Made by a program: the position numbers and the translations under genes. A stretch of DNA of 63,565 bases, filler included, from Octopus bimaculoides (taxonomy: Eukaryota): assembly GCF_001194135.2 (NCBI RefSeq). It is 8 parts of 8 records of this genome, joined end to end, with 100 filler letters (N's around TTAATTAATTAA, not from the genome) between each part and the next. Parts side by side here need not be neighbours in the genome. Positions count along the whole stretch, not along the records: positions 34,326 to 43,256 come from NC_069003.1; positions 43,357 to 53,101 come from NC_068987.1; positions 53,202 to 56,594 come from NC_068992.1; 5 more parts are not named here. One strand, given 5' to 3'. Below, piece after piece: positions 42,111 through 55,399 of the stretch. How positions within the stretch are numbered: position 1 is the stretch's first letter; each line of letters starts with the position of its first letter. The notes under the pieces were generated by a model that made no database searches, was not told the origin of the DNA, and worked only from the letters and a program-made list of their open reading frames with translations.

Positions 42111-42570
42111 GTTTGTATATAGTCCAGTGGCTAAAGTTTAGTGGCTACAGAAATAGTCAGTTTAAGCTTTGTTTGACGTATGTAATCTTCATTACATCCC
42201 TGACATTTAATAGCGTATAGTAAATTCCTTGAAGAATTAAGTGATTTTTTTACGGTAAAAATCTGTCCTGTTTTGATGCCCGTTCACCGCAAACAAATGC
42301 GAGACCCCAGTACTAGACAGATTCCACTGAGTGGACACATAGACAAATGTACAAAAAAATGTCCCCCAAATTTCAGGTCTTCCTACTTTACCTATGTTCA
42401 GCGTATTCCACAGATGAAGCACGGATACAAAAGTACAAACCAAGACTTAACAAACTTTGACAGAGTACAGACACAAATAACTATTCACACACAAAACTCA
42501 TTCTGCCACTTATCATGAGGATCCCACACAGCTAACAACCTAAACTTTAGCCACTGGACTACATACAAAC
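42111..42570. repeat. 31-bp inverted repeat pair (42111-42141 and 42540-42570)
   Basis: gtttgtatatagtccagtggctaaagtttag versus ctaaactttagccactggactacatacaaac, 1 mismatch. Confidence 0.9.
42273..42452 (+). pseudogene. Penelope-like retroelement ORF C-terminus
   Basis: VHRKQMRDPSTRQIPLSGHIDKC, then after a frameshift FQVFLLYLC...IQKYKPRLN; overlaps the end of the 24233 fragment (YREIPLSE vs TRQIPLSG). Confidence 0.7.
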
Positions 42571-42838
42571 ATTTTCACTCTATCGTGTCGGCCTTCTTTT
42601 TAGGCGTAAAATGTACTGTCACGTGACACTAACGCACGGACGTAGCGGGAAACGTACAAAAAGTTATACATTTAATCATGTGTTCATTCTCTGCAAACAT
42701 TCGACAGAGAACATTCAGAACATTGATTGTTTGGACATATTCAGTCAACCGTGTCAGCATTAACTTACGACGTCAAACATTGTTACTTGATACTAATACA
42801 CGGATATAGTGAGGAACCTACAAATATTTCTAAGACCA

Positions 42839-42945
42839 GTCATGTGACTATCCTCTACCAATCACATCCTATTCAAAACATATACTGATTTGAGCCATGA
42901 ACTCACTATAAAAATAGGGCAAACTTCAAACACAAGTCAGAAGCA
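42839..42945 (+). promoter_or_regulatory. Pol II core-promoter-like cassette, antisense to NOL4 (possibly an LTR promoter)
   Basis: GTCATGTGAC (42839), CCAATCAC (42858), TATAAAAA (42907) and TCAG (42937): canonical order and spacing. No expression evidence. Confidence 0.4.
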
Positions 42946-43356
42946 AGACAGCGGCGACATAAACCAAGTCTTTTGAACTTTTTAAAAATCAGTGTAAATT
43001 GTAAAACCGGTTAAAGCTTTAAATATGCTGATAAAGAATATTTTAACTATTCTCAGTGCATTTTCAACTTCTATTTTTCCTATATATATATATATATATA
43101 TATATATAACCTTTATTACCTTTATTCCTACCTCAGTTCATCTAATTGTATATATATATCGTTACTTTTCATAAAAAGCCTTACCTTCTTTTTGATTTTC
43201 AATGTGCATTTTCTCTTTTCTGCTTACTTTCCCCTTACATTTCCACGTGTAGTTTCNNNNNNNNNNNNNNNNNNNNNNNNNNNNNNNNNNNNNNNNNNNN
43301 TTAATTAATTAANNNNNNNNNNNNNNNNNNNNNNNNNNNNNNNNNNNNNNNNNNNN

Positions 43357-43398
<42 letters not shown>

Positions 43399-44327
43399 CA
43401 CACACATACACACACACACGAGTTGGTATTTCCTGATATTTTTTCTTTTCTTTTTTTTATGTAGTAATAAAAAAGAATATGGTTGTCATTGCAACCTCAC
43501 CTGTCAGATATCAACATTTCTATGGAATGAGGACTGTCTATAGCAGGGATGGTCGTTCTCTTTTGGGAAATAGTCTACAAGACACATAGCTTATCGTCAA
43601 CGATCTGCAGGATACATTATTCCCATGACTTGTTTATAGTGTCAATAGATACTCTAGAAATAGCAGCCAAAACTACTTGAAAACTTTGTAAGAAAAAGTA
43701 AAGGTATACTAGACGGCGTTGTTTCCCGTCAAGAAAACAGACTGTCCTCTCTGGAATTTCTCTTATCATAAGTCTAATAAATTAGGCGTGACCTGGAGTT
43801 AAGCAACGGCAATTATCAGCATAGGTTGAGTCGGTGAAATATAAAACAAACACATCTTTGTTTAGAAACAGTGCAGAGACAATGAGTGGATACGGACTAT
43901 ATGACCGTCCTTTGTACAGCATCACCATTAAGCTGTAGTCTTTTGGCAAGCAAGCAGAAACGGCTATAAGCATTTACGCCTCAAAAAGTTAGCTATCCGG
44001 CCGAATATATGAGGCTGTGATGCGCAATCGGAATTCGTAAATTGAATTCAATATCAACGAGGCACCAATTATCAATGTTTTGTGGTCGGATGTGAAGCAT
44101 CGACCTATAGCTGACCGATGATTGGTTACAGTGATGCACATGGCACACATAATGGAGCAGGAAAGAAGAGAGGAAGTGTGCACATATGCAAATTAACAGA
44201 ATCAACGAGACAAATAACCGTCTTGCGAGGAATAGAATACCTGACCAAAAATATTTCACTACACATATGCACACATAATTGCACAAATGCATACACACAT
44301 GCACACATATCTTAGTTTTGAATGTGT

Positions 44328-44372
<45 letters not shown>

Positions 44373-45128
44373 CACGCGCGTATATACACACACATATGTC
44401 TTACGATTAATTTAGATACGTTGTGATATATATAGACATTATATATATGTGTATATATATTTACATATATATATATATATATACACATTATGTATATGTA
44501 TATTTACATATAAATACACATTTTATATATATATANNNNNNNNNNNNNNNNNNNNNNNNNNNNNNNNNNNNNNNNNNNNNNNNNNNNNNNNNNNNNNNNN
44601 NNNNNNNNNNNNNNNNNNNNNNNNNNNNNNNNNNNNNNNNNNNNNNNNNNNNNNNNNNNNNNNNNNNNNNNNNNNNNNNNNNNNNNNNNNNNNNNNNNNN
44701 NNNNNNNNNNNNNNNNNNNNNNNNNNNNNNNNNNNNNNNNNNNNNNNNNNNNNNNNNNNNNNNNNNNNNNNNNNNNNNNNNNNNNNNNNNNNNNNNNNNN
44801 NNNNNNNNNNNNNNNNNNNNNNNNNNNNNNNNNNNNNNNNNNNNNNNNNNNNNNNNNNNNNNNNNNNNNNNNNNNNNNNNNNNNNNNNNNNNNNNNNNNN
44901 NNNNNNNNNNNNNNNNNNNNNNNNNNNNNNNNNNNNNNNNNNNNNNNNNNNNNNNNNNNNNNNNNNNNNNNNNNNNNNNNNNNNNNNNNNNNNNNNNNNN
45001 NNNNNNNNNNNNNNNNNNNNNNNNNNNNNNNNNNNNNNNNNNNNNNNNNNNNNNNNNNNNNNNNNNNNNNNNNNNNNNNNNNNNNNNNNNNNNNNNNNNN
45101 NNNNNNNNNNNNNNNNNNNNNNNNNNNN

Positions 45129-45170
<42 letters not shown>

Positions 45171-45199
45171 CGACTTTAATGTCGTTGTCGGTAACAAAT

Positions 45200-45370
45200 T
45201 TCTACTCACACGGCATTAATCTATCACGAAGTACACAACACGAACAAATAGTCGTGCGCCGCTGTATCGCAACCCAAACCGTGACTTTACATGGATCTAT
45301 AATGCAATGTCATATAGAGGACTTGTTCATTGAACTACGCCAAATCACAAAGCTAATCTCTCGAAATAGC
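45200..45370 (-). pseudogene. Possible Tc1-like transposase trace
   Basis: Minus strand ...VIWRSS...LH...KVTVWVAI resembles the PLHSxKVTVW region of Tc1-type enzymes; short and interrupted. Confidence 0.3.
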
Positions 45371-45789
45371 CAATACCAGTTGTACTAGTGAAAGTAGTAG
45401 TTACTGTTTAACCATTACTGTTTAAGCCTAGGCCAGCTTCCATTTAATATGTCTATGGTCGAACGCATTGCCGTTACGGCTATTCTGTCTATTATCGCCA
45501 GGTTTGATATATTAAGAATCTTCTAATAGTGATTTGGTTGCTTTTTTTTTCCAGACAAGCATTTTGACTCGTAGTTGGAGGAAGAATACAAAAGGCAAGA
45601 GGTAAATTGCAAGCAAATCTTAAGGGAGGTAACTTCAAGAAAGTTTGACTTAATTTCTACCTATTCTTCCTTTAGCTCACTTTTTTAATTTTATGCAAAT
45701 CGTAATTGATAGTTGTAGTTGCAGGAATAGCAGTAAGAGCAACAGTAACAAGAACAGCAGTATAAGTAGTGAAATAACTCAGCAACTAT

Positions 45790-45836
<47 letters not shown>

Positions 45837-46293
45837 TATTGAGCTGTCAAAATAGCGCAGAGATTTATAAAAGGAACAGGTCAAATATGGCGATGGGGAG
45901 GGAGGCAATTATAGACGGATCTGCGGTGGCAACTGACGAATCAATAATTAAAGATTAAGAAACGCCAATATGAGATTTAATTTAGATCATATTAAGTAAG
46001 TTTAAGGTTTAATTTCAGTGTGCTTAATTGATATTTGTAAGCAAAATCAGAGATTCTGCTACTTTCAATGATTCATACTTAATTTTAACGATATTCGAAA
46101 ATGGAAAATTTTGTTGGAGAAACGTTCTACCGAATTGAACTTGTTTTTGTGATTCTCTCGTTACGTTATATATTTTGGGAACGAAATAGCGACACAACCT
46201 TACATTTCCTCATCCAGTTTATGTTCTATATTAGAAACGATAGTTTGCCAGTATAATTTTCTCTTCATCTGCAACAAAATTCTTTTTTCTGTT

Positions 46294-46328
<35 letters not shown>

Positions 46329-47479
46329 TTTGGATAAATTCAATCAACATCATCCTCTATGCATTTTATCCTTCCTTGCAAAATAAAAGTAGTCCCCAGT
46401 AGTATACTAATGCCAATTTCTTAATTATATATCTCTGTCAAAGAGTCGCTTCGTATCTAGTGAAATAAAGTGATTATATAATGTTTCGTCATCATTAATA
46501 AATAACAAGTACAGTTCTCTAAATACAATATCTTATGTCAGACGACTGTAATAATATATAAACAGGCATGCAAACGTTTGTGTATGATGCTTTTGTGACC
46601 TGATGCATTTTCGTGAACGGAAGCTGACAAAAGAAATAAAAATAAAACATGGATGTTTTATTCTACACTGCTTAACATTCGTACAGTCATACAGTCATTT
46701 TCTGGTATTATTATGTGTGCAGGTCTTTATTAATAATTAGACGTATAGGTGGAGTAAGGCACAAAAGTGGAAATATATCTAAAATGCGATATATAGAATA
46801 TTAGGTTTATAGTCGGAAATTTTAATCTACTTTCTGCAAAAATTCATACAAGGGTAATGTAATATACATATATCTATCTTTGTTTATATGGAAAAACAAA
46901 TAGGTTTACTAATATGATTATAAAAATGATCACAATTAAGAAATTAACATTTATTTCATATTCACTAACCTATTTTAGCTAGCAGGGCGTAAGACTAAGG
47001 AAAACCTAAGATAATAGAAGCAATACCAACAAGCGCATCTCCCCACAAGATAGACATCACCGTTCCTCAGGAAAAAAGGAATGCCTAATCAGTCAATAAC
47101 AGCCCAAGGAAAATAATGTCATTCTCAGAATAACACAACAGACGGGATTTTCAGTCACATATAGAATGCCAGCATACTCGGATCAAAGTGTCGTTGGGTA
47201 AGTTTGAATCGTTCGACCGTGCAATAACAAGCCGAGGAAGCCACAACGTTATTGCATAATTTGCTAGAAATAGCAGTATAATGCCTCTTGAATGACATGC
47301 TAGTGTATTGAAAATTAGACGTGCAGGCATGGACAATATCATTCTAGAAAACTCTGAAGAAACAAAATGGTCTCCACTGAAAGGTTCTTGATCATGTCTG
47401 CCGAATCTAAGTTAAACTGAAACTAAAACGATAACTAACGCCTACTAAACTGCCATAAGTACATTTGATCATGGCTGAT

Positions 47480-47517
<38 letters not shown>

Positions 47518-47630
47518 GGTGGTGGTGGTGGTGGTGGTGGTGGTGGTAGTAGTTGTAGTAGTAGTAGTAGTTGTAGTAGTAGTAGTAGTTGTTGTTGTCA
47601 TCGTCGTCGTCGTCGTCGTTGCTGTTGTTC
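47480..47630. repeat. (TAG)/(TGG)/(TCG) compound trinucleotide repeat near the NOL4 exon donor
   Basis: Direct reading. Confidence 0.95.
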
Positions 47631-48070
47631 TTGTAGCCGCCTAACCTCCTTCAGATACAGAGATTAGTGAAAAAGTTCAAAAGAAACTTATCAGATTTAA
47701 TGAGGTGGAACGGAAAATTTATGGAGTAGGGTGTTTAATTCAGACTATTTTCTGCCAATTGGGGGTTCGAAATTTGATCGCAAATTTCATTCACCTAATT
47801 TTTCCTATCACATCACAGTAATATTGATTATCGAATCCAGTCGTACTTAGAAAAAAAAAGCTAGGGATTTTGATAAGAATTACGTTAACGTTGATAGTGA
47901 AGGTGGCGTGATGATGGTGGTACTGTTGATTACGACGACGACAATGATGATAGTGGTAGTGGAGGTGATGAAGATGATGATGATAATGATGCTGATGACG
48001 ATGATGATGGTGATGCCGACAAAGACAATAATTTGTTGCTTTATGAAAAATTGTTTTTCAGTAGACTTAC

Positions 48071-48274
48071 CGGTTCCCAGCCATTCTGTTCCTTTGACCT
48101 TCTCATTCGGCGGCAGGATTTCAAATATGTCCGAATCCGTTTTCGGGATCGTTCGTGAAATTCCGGAAATTGTCGGTCACATGCTTCTAATATAGCCTGA
48201 ATTTTATCCTTAGGCTGTTTAGAAATGGGCACCATTCTGTCGAGATTTTCATCGACAAACAAACGGACAAACAT
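48071..48274 (-). CDS. NOL4: Internal coding exon (68 codons, phase 0/0) of a nucleolar protein 4 family (NOL4/NOL4L) gene
   Basis: Translates to [68 protein letters not shown], which I recognise as the conserved NOL4/NOL4L C-terminal domain. Minus-strand acceptor ...ttttcttttccag|ATG at 48276-48275 and donor CCG|gtaagt at 48070; length 204 nt. Confidence 0.92.
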
Positions 48275-48395
48275 CTGGAAAAGAAAAAAGTGAGAAAGAA
48301 TTTATAAACATAATTAAACTGAAAACAATAATAGAAATAAAGTTCTTTTTTTCTTATTTAATTTATCTTAAGCAAGAGGAGAAATGAAGCGTGGT

Positions 48396-48584
48396 TACTC
48401 TTTTATTTGTTTCAGTCATTTGACTGTGGCCATGCTGGAGCACCACCTTCAGTCGAGAAAATCGACCCCAGGACTTATTCTTTGTAAGCCTAGTACTTAT
48501 TTGCCGAATCGCTAAGTGACGGGGACATAAACACACCAGTATCGGTTGTCAAGCAATGCTAGGGGGACAAACACAGACACACAA

Positions 48585-48619
<35 letters not shown>

Positions 48620-48704
48620 CATATATACGACTGACTTCTTTCAGTTTCCGTCTACCAAATCCACTCACAAGGCTTTGGTCGGCCCGAGGCTATAGCAGAA
48701 GATA
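48396..48704 (-). mobile_element. SINE family B with internal (CA)/(TA) tract; 5' end in a gap
   Basis: Tail, core, internal microsatellite and the ttcagtttccgtctaccaaatcc segment. Confidence 0.88.
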
Positions 48705-49499
48705 NNNNNNNNNNNNNNNNNNNNNNNNNNNNNNNNNNNNNNNNNNNNNNNNNNNNNNNNNNNNNNNNNNNNNNNNNNNNNNNNNNNNNNNNNNNNNNNN
48801 NNNNNNNNNNNNNNNNNNNNNNNNNNNNNNNNNNNNNNNNNNNNNNNNNNNNNNNNNNGATTTCATAATACGTTTCATATATTCACTGTGTTGAGCGTCG
48901 ATCGTCAGAAAAGATTCTTTCAATTGCTCCACGTGAATTTGAATTACTCTGGATACGACTAGGAGCATAACAAACATAATTGAATATAACTGTTCCAAGC
49001 ACTAGTATGATAGAGCCAAAGGCTCGAACCTTTCGTTTGTCTTTTTTTTTTGGGGGGGGGGTATTCCCAGGTCAGCTTTAATCAAGTAGATATGAATCAT
49101 AACCAATCTGGTGTTTGCTTATTTCAAACGGAGCATATCAAAGACTACATTGCATACTCATCAAATGACTGATAAATCCTATTTTGATCAATGAATGAAA
49201 ATATTTCAGTAATTAGAAGTATGAAGGGAATATTTAGCTGTTTTAAGCAAGTTAAATCACAGTATAAATCTTAATTCATAGTTCGACTGCTTGAACCTCT
49301 CGGATCATAGTTATTGATCATCAGGTGGTGACGGTGGTTGACTCTTCTATCATAAACGACGAATGAGGGTTTTGCTATTTTTCTTGCTGAACAACCTATG
49401 CAGATAATTTGTTTTCTGTGATTAAATGTTTCTGCTGTACATTAGCTCACTCCCTCTATGGTAACTCCATTACCCGCATAGGTACACGGCGTGACGCAT

Positions 49500-49631
49500 A
49501 TCAAATGTCGAAGTGATCGCAGCTCAATGTGAAATGAAGTGTTTGGCTCAAGATCAGCACGGCCCAGGAATCGAAATCACGATCTTGCGATCATGAATGC
49601 AATACCCAAATCACTAAACCACACACCTTCA
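49500..49631 (-). mobile_element. Diverged tRNA-type SINE head (family-C-like)
   Basis: Minus strand ggtttagtgatt...catgatcgcaagatcgtgatttcgattcctggg...ttgagccaaacacttcattt. Confidence 0.5.
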
Positions 49632-50000
49632 GGTGATCAAGTAATCAAACCTATTAATTTAGACGGACCGCTCACTACAATATTCGTCAGTTGGACCGGT
49701 GTTAACCTATTAGCAGATGTGATAACTGTTTCTATACTAACATCGCCTTATGTCACTGGTAAAGATAACTTTACTGTGGTTTATTCAGGATGAAAGTATT
49801 GTACCCGTACACATCATAAAATTTCTAGACTGATAAAATGGATCGAGCTTTTTACTGTTCAAAATAGAAAAGCCCTTGCGACAGAATTCAAGCCTTGTTA
49901 TTATTGCATTTAGGATGTCTACAATACTGATTACAGCTCAGAAAGCCTTGTCTTACACATTAAACTATCTCCATAACAGATGACATGTTATATCTTCACA

Positions 50001-50002
<2 letters not shown>

Positions 50003-50095
<93 letters not shown>
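50003..50095. repeat. (CT)n microsatellite
   Basis: Direct reading. Confidence 0.95.
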
Positions 50096-50098
<3 letters not shown>

Positions 50099-51866
50099 AA
50101 TACCAGAGGGAATAAATGCACCAAAGAACTAGATCAGTATTCAGTTACTTATCTGTCTGGGGCACAAAATTTCCCGTAACCTAATGAATATGCTACGCCT
50201 GCCAGTGTTACGACGATTATCTTCTGATGGCGAAACAAACGATTAATCAAGGGAAAACATGGGTTATTACATATTGACAAAACTCCAATGCTTTAAGACA
50301 AATATAAAAAGACATGATGATGAGGGGGGGGGGTTAAAGAAGTGGTATTGGCGGCATCTACTGCTCTGTGTTTATTATCTCATAGTAATGCCAAAAAGTG
50401 TCATTATAACTCTTTATTAGTTGCACAAACAAAGGCTTTGAATTGGCAGAAACGGTAGGAAAAGAATATAAAATAGCTTACAGAATTATATTTCTTTACT
50501 TAGTCTGCTGAGCTGAAGCCAAGACATAGACGAAATTTTCACTGAGAAAATAAGTACCCTTGATATGCTGAAGTCAGTTCAGTTGATAATAGCTATGGCG
50601 TTAAAAATTTGCTTTGCAGTTACATAGTTTTAGGTTCGGTCATCTGCATGGCACCTTCGGCAATTGCCTTCTACAATAACCTAGATCACCCAAAGTCTTG
50701 TGAATAGAATGTAGCAGATATAAACTATATAAAACTCCGTTGGAGAAAACGTCGTCAAAGTTGAGACCACCATCTCACCTTCTAGTGGTTTTACTGGAAG
50801 CCATTCGGCTGCAGGCGTTCAGATCAGATGACATGTGTGAAGGTAACTTCTTGTCATTGGCACTGCTCTTCTCTTATTATGCCTCAACAATTGACTATAC
50901 TGCATTGCTCAAAAAGAAAAGGTGTTTTCCTGTTAACTAAAGCGATATTTAAATCATCGTGCAAGATATAAATATCTGACGTGAAGATTTCTATGCCCAA
51001 CGGAAGACGCTGAACTTCATTCGAAACAAAAATGTCCTTGAGAAAATCATGAACCCCATGACTTCAATTTCCCACACTTATGTGTGTAGCATAATAAACC
51101 AACATTTTCACTATTATACTTTATCATTAATTCAAATTGATTTTCGTCGGCAGACGCTATTTCTATATTAATCCCATACCTAATATATCTTAAGAGTGGA
51201 GACGATATACACCATTATTATATATCGTAATATTTGATTACCATCCACTTTTATCCACCCCAACCGAACAAGATTTGTTATCATTGAGAATATTTCAACA
51301 TGTATCACACCGTTTCATCATTATTAGCCATTGACAGTATGAAGCATAATGGATGGAAGAAAATTAATAGTTGCAGTTAATTCGTAGATAATAATTACAG
51401 AAAGGAACCTCTTTTATGCTGAAACGTTTTCATTCGCTGATACAAATAACATTCAATATTCATTTGATGAGTGCGGTGAGTACTTCAAAGCAGGAGGTAA
51501 ATTCACTGCAAGAAGCTGCGATGCAGGTTCTATTCTCATTTGAAGCTGTTATATTTCATTTACATCACTAATGTAAGTGCACTTGGGGAATACCCGAAGC
51601 TCAAAATTAACCCCTCTTCATATGTAATCAAAACGAATTATGTGATACAGTGAAATATGTTATTTGAATCCTCAGATTAGTTTTAATTCCAGATACTAGA
51701 CAAATCGTTTCCTTTATGTACTCGTGCGGACCGTATGAATGTTATATAATATCATTTCTATCTTTAGGACAATAGTGGACATTTGACTAAGTACCAATCA
51801 ACATTCGATTGTTTAATCTCGATGGCTCGAAATGGAAATTAATCTTTTGGCGAACCTGTGAATGGC

Positions 51867-51937
<71 letters not shown>

Positions 51938-52058
51938 NNNNNNNNNNNNNNNNNNNNNNNNNNNNNNNNNNNNNNNNNNNNNNNNNNNNNNNNNNNNNNN
52001 NNNNNNNNNNNNNNNNNNNNNNNNNNNNNNNNNNNNNNNNNNNNNNNNNNNNNTGTGT

Positions 52059-52110
<52 letters not shown>

Positions 52111-53054
52111 TCTCGTCTTCAAAAAGGCATAAAGAATGTAGGCGTGCATGTCCTCTCCTTTATGAATACTAAGTATTTACCTTATGAACAAATTACAAGA
52201 TGCATATCACAAAATAGAACTGAAGGAGAGTATTTTATTTAAATTAAGTCTAAGTAGGTGTTTTATGTCTATGTATATATGAGATTTGTACATGCATATT
52301 TATGGGAAAGTCTTAGATTCTTATGAACCTTCATTGTACGAGTCACGTTTATTGTTATCTAATAGTTTTATTATCAAACAAACGCATATATGTAAATATG
52401 TATGTCATTATTCAGTTTATTTCTAGATTTCTTGCCAATAGAGAAAGAGACGGTTTCTAACCTAGATCCAAGGCTCCTTCATTGGAACTTCAATAACATA
52501 AGCAGGGTATTTTTCTATGTGTGTAAGTATATATGTATGTATATGTGTAAATTTGTGTGTTTTGTCTTATGTGTGTATTCTCATATATATAGTTGCATGC
52601 CTAGACATGCTGATGTATACTTAAATGATAAACTTCTGGAAAGTTTTACAAATTTTTATAGTTCCAGTGATGGCTTTGATCTGTAATCTTCGAATCAGCT
52701 TCCTCCTTTCTGGTTTTTAAGAAGCCTAATATCTCAAGGTTGATATTTAGGTAGTACGTTGCATATGCCAGTGCTCCAATAATTACAGGTATAACCCTGA
52801 ACTTGAATGCATGTATGTATGTATGTATGTATGTATGTATGTATGAATGACTGTATGTATGTGTGTGTGCATGTATGTATGTACAGAATACCAGTTAGAG
52901 AGATCAAATACAGACCCATCAAACATATTAGAATTGTTTTGAAAAACCCACAGGAAATACACAAACGCGTGCACACATACGCACAAACATACGAAAACAC
53001 ATGTCACGCGCGCGCGTATGCACATGCACTCACATAGATAGGTATCTATTTCTC

Positions 53055-53101
<47 letters not shown>

Positions 53102-53201
53102 NNNNNNNNNNNNNNNNNNNNNNNNNNNNNNNNNNNNNNNNNNNNTTAATTAATTAANNNNNNNNNNNNNNNNNNNNNNNNNNNNNNNNNNNNNNNNNNN
53201 N

Positions 53202-53848
53202 TCCAGACAACTTCGGAATCGCCTGCAACTCTTCTGGATGGTCTCCTTGTTTAAGTAAGTGAATTCTGCCATAATTCTTGCCTTCAGTTCATCTTTAGTG
53301 TTACAATTGCGCGCCATACATAATAATCAAATGAGTAGTAGTCTGAGGAATTAGGTGGCCTGATGTTAAGGGTGATGTCGTCGCAGAAAATGTCTGACAG
53401 CCATGACTGGGTTCTCCTACTTGTGTGGCATGGTGCAGAGTCCTGTTGCCAGACATAGGGTGTTCCAGCAGCCACCTTCTTGACCCAGAGCAGCACTACC
53501 TCCTTCAGGCGCTTGATGTAGGCCTTCATGTTGAATCTGAGGCCTTGTGAAAGATAACTGGAGACATAAAGTTGTCCTCAGATTGCACTGACCTCAGATT
53601 GACAACCAAACTCTCTGAAATGTTCATATTGGTGTTTCCGGCTCGAATGCAAAGCAATACAACATGTCGTTTCCAAATTTCTGGCTGGAGGCCCAACCTT
53701 CCGAGTTCTTTGACAGGGCTCAGAAAAACTGAATGACTGCTGCAATAAGTGTGTGAATCAGAGGGTAATACGTTGAATAAAATCATAATTAACTGATCCT
53801 CCTGTATTTTCTTTTAACCAAAGTCAGGAACTTTTCAGCACCCCCTCA
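53202..53848 (-). mobile_element. Tc1/mariner superfamily DD37D (maT-type) element, internally deleted and frameshifted
   Basis: Minus-strand translation ...WQQDSAPCHTSRRTQSWL...PPNSSDYYSFDYYVW with 37 residues between the two Asp; C-terminal KARIMAEFTYLNKETIQKSCRRFRSCL; terminal TA|TGAGGGGGTGCTGAAAAGTTCCTGACTTTG at 53848; other end lost in the gap. Confidence 0.88.
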
Positions 53849-54569
53849 TACGGAGAAGTAACAGCTCGATCTGGAAAGACTCCTTGTATGTATGTAATTA
53901 AAGTTTCAGTGCTGTTTCAATTGCACGTTTTGATAAGAATTAATCTATTTAGACAATGATTGTTCTAATCACTAGAGGTGTAAACTAGGTTTATATACAA
54001 TGCTCCTGTTAACTGTTTATTGGATATACTTACAGGACAGCGTATTTACCGTAGCAAATGGCGCCTCAAGGTTGCGCAGGTTTTTATTAACTATCTCTTT
54101 AAATATTTCCGTTTACCTAAGCAGAAATTTAATAGCTATCTTCAAGCACCAAGTAACAAAAGAAGTGACGTAAAATAGGTCTCTCCTGAAACGCACCTGT
54201 TCATTAATTGTAAAAACCATGTGTAGCGTCTTCGTGAATAAGTGCGTGTGTCTATGTGTGTGTGTGTGTGTGTGTGTGTTCATGCGTGTTTATATTGGAC
54301 AGGCCGACGCTGATAGCATGTCGATGTGATGAATATTAACCAATAAAAAGTAGATATAAGAATTGATTTCTTTTGGTATTAGTGTCTACATCATCTCGCT
54401 GGAGCTGTAAGCATTGCATTACAGTACAAATATTTATACAGGTATATGCGCGGACGCACGCACACACACNNNNNNNNNNNNNNNNNNNNNNNNNNNNNNN
54501 NNNNNNNNNNNNNNNNNNNNNNNNNNNNNNNNNNNNNNNNNNNNNNNNNNNNNNNNNNNNNNNNNNNNN

Positions 54570-54873
54570 CTTGGGGTTCATATAACATTTTGGGGATCCA
54601 CACAGCCCAAAATAGTAAATTGGAGATACGAGATACACTGTAGTATTTTAGGGGTACCTGAAAAAAATTTGCGTTAAATGCAAGAAACAGGTTTCTTTCT
54701 CTAATATTTTGCATTACTCAAACTACACAAGTTAACGTGTGAAAGACAAAATAAGAATTATGAAAGAACAATCTATAAAACTCGTTTAGAAATATCGAAT
54801 GGCTATGGGGGCCCACCAGAATAAAATAGCAATCAAAGGGATCCATGGGTTAAAACTGGTTTAGGACTACTCG
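54570..54873 (+). mobile_element. Probable non-autonomous hAT (Charlie/Tip100-like) element, 3' part
   Basis: Recurrent ggggtncc/gggatcc subterminal motifs and an end (aaagggatccatgggttaaaactggtttaggactact) resembling hAT MITE termini; 5' end in a gap. Confidence 0.45.
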
Positions 54874-54895
54874 TTCAACCAAACAAATCGACCCC

Positions 54896-55151
54896 ACTCT
54901 CTTTTACTCTCTTTTACTCTCTTTTACTTGTTTCAGTCATTTGACTGCGGCCATGCTGGAGCGCCGCCTTTAGTCGAGCAAATCGACTCCAGGACTTATT
55001 CTTTGTAAGCCTAGTACTGATTCTATCGGTCTCTTTTGCCGAACCGCTAAGTTACGGGGACGTAAACACACCAGCATCGTTTGTCAAGTGATGTTGGGGG
55101 AGGCAAACACAGGCACACAAACATATATATATGTATATATATATATATATA
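54896..55151 (-). mobile_element. SINE family B, 3' half, ending in its internal TA tract at a gap
   Basis: Family B tail (actctctttt)x3 plus core. Confidence 0.88.
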
Positions 55152-55399
55152 NNNNNNNNNNNNNNNNNNNNNNNNNNNNNNNNNNNNNNNNNNNNNNNNN
55201 NNNNNNNNNNNNNNNNNNNNNNNNNNNNNNNNNNNNNNNNNNNNNNNNNNNNNNNNNNNNNNNNNNNNNNNNNNNNNNNNNNNNNAATAAGTACCACCTG
55301 AATACTGGGGTCGATATAACAAAAAAGATTATATTATTAATTAGCTGCAGCCATTGTGACTATCACTGTGCATGACTTGATAACCTTTTTCTATACTGG

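Noticed and set aside
50769-50900. Minus-strand donor AAG|gtgaga upstream of the NOL4 exon
   Set aside because: All frames from the good acceptor hit stops, the open piece ends in phase 2, and it lacks the expected ...AFN end.
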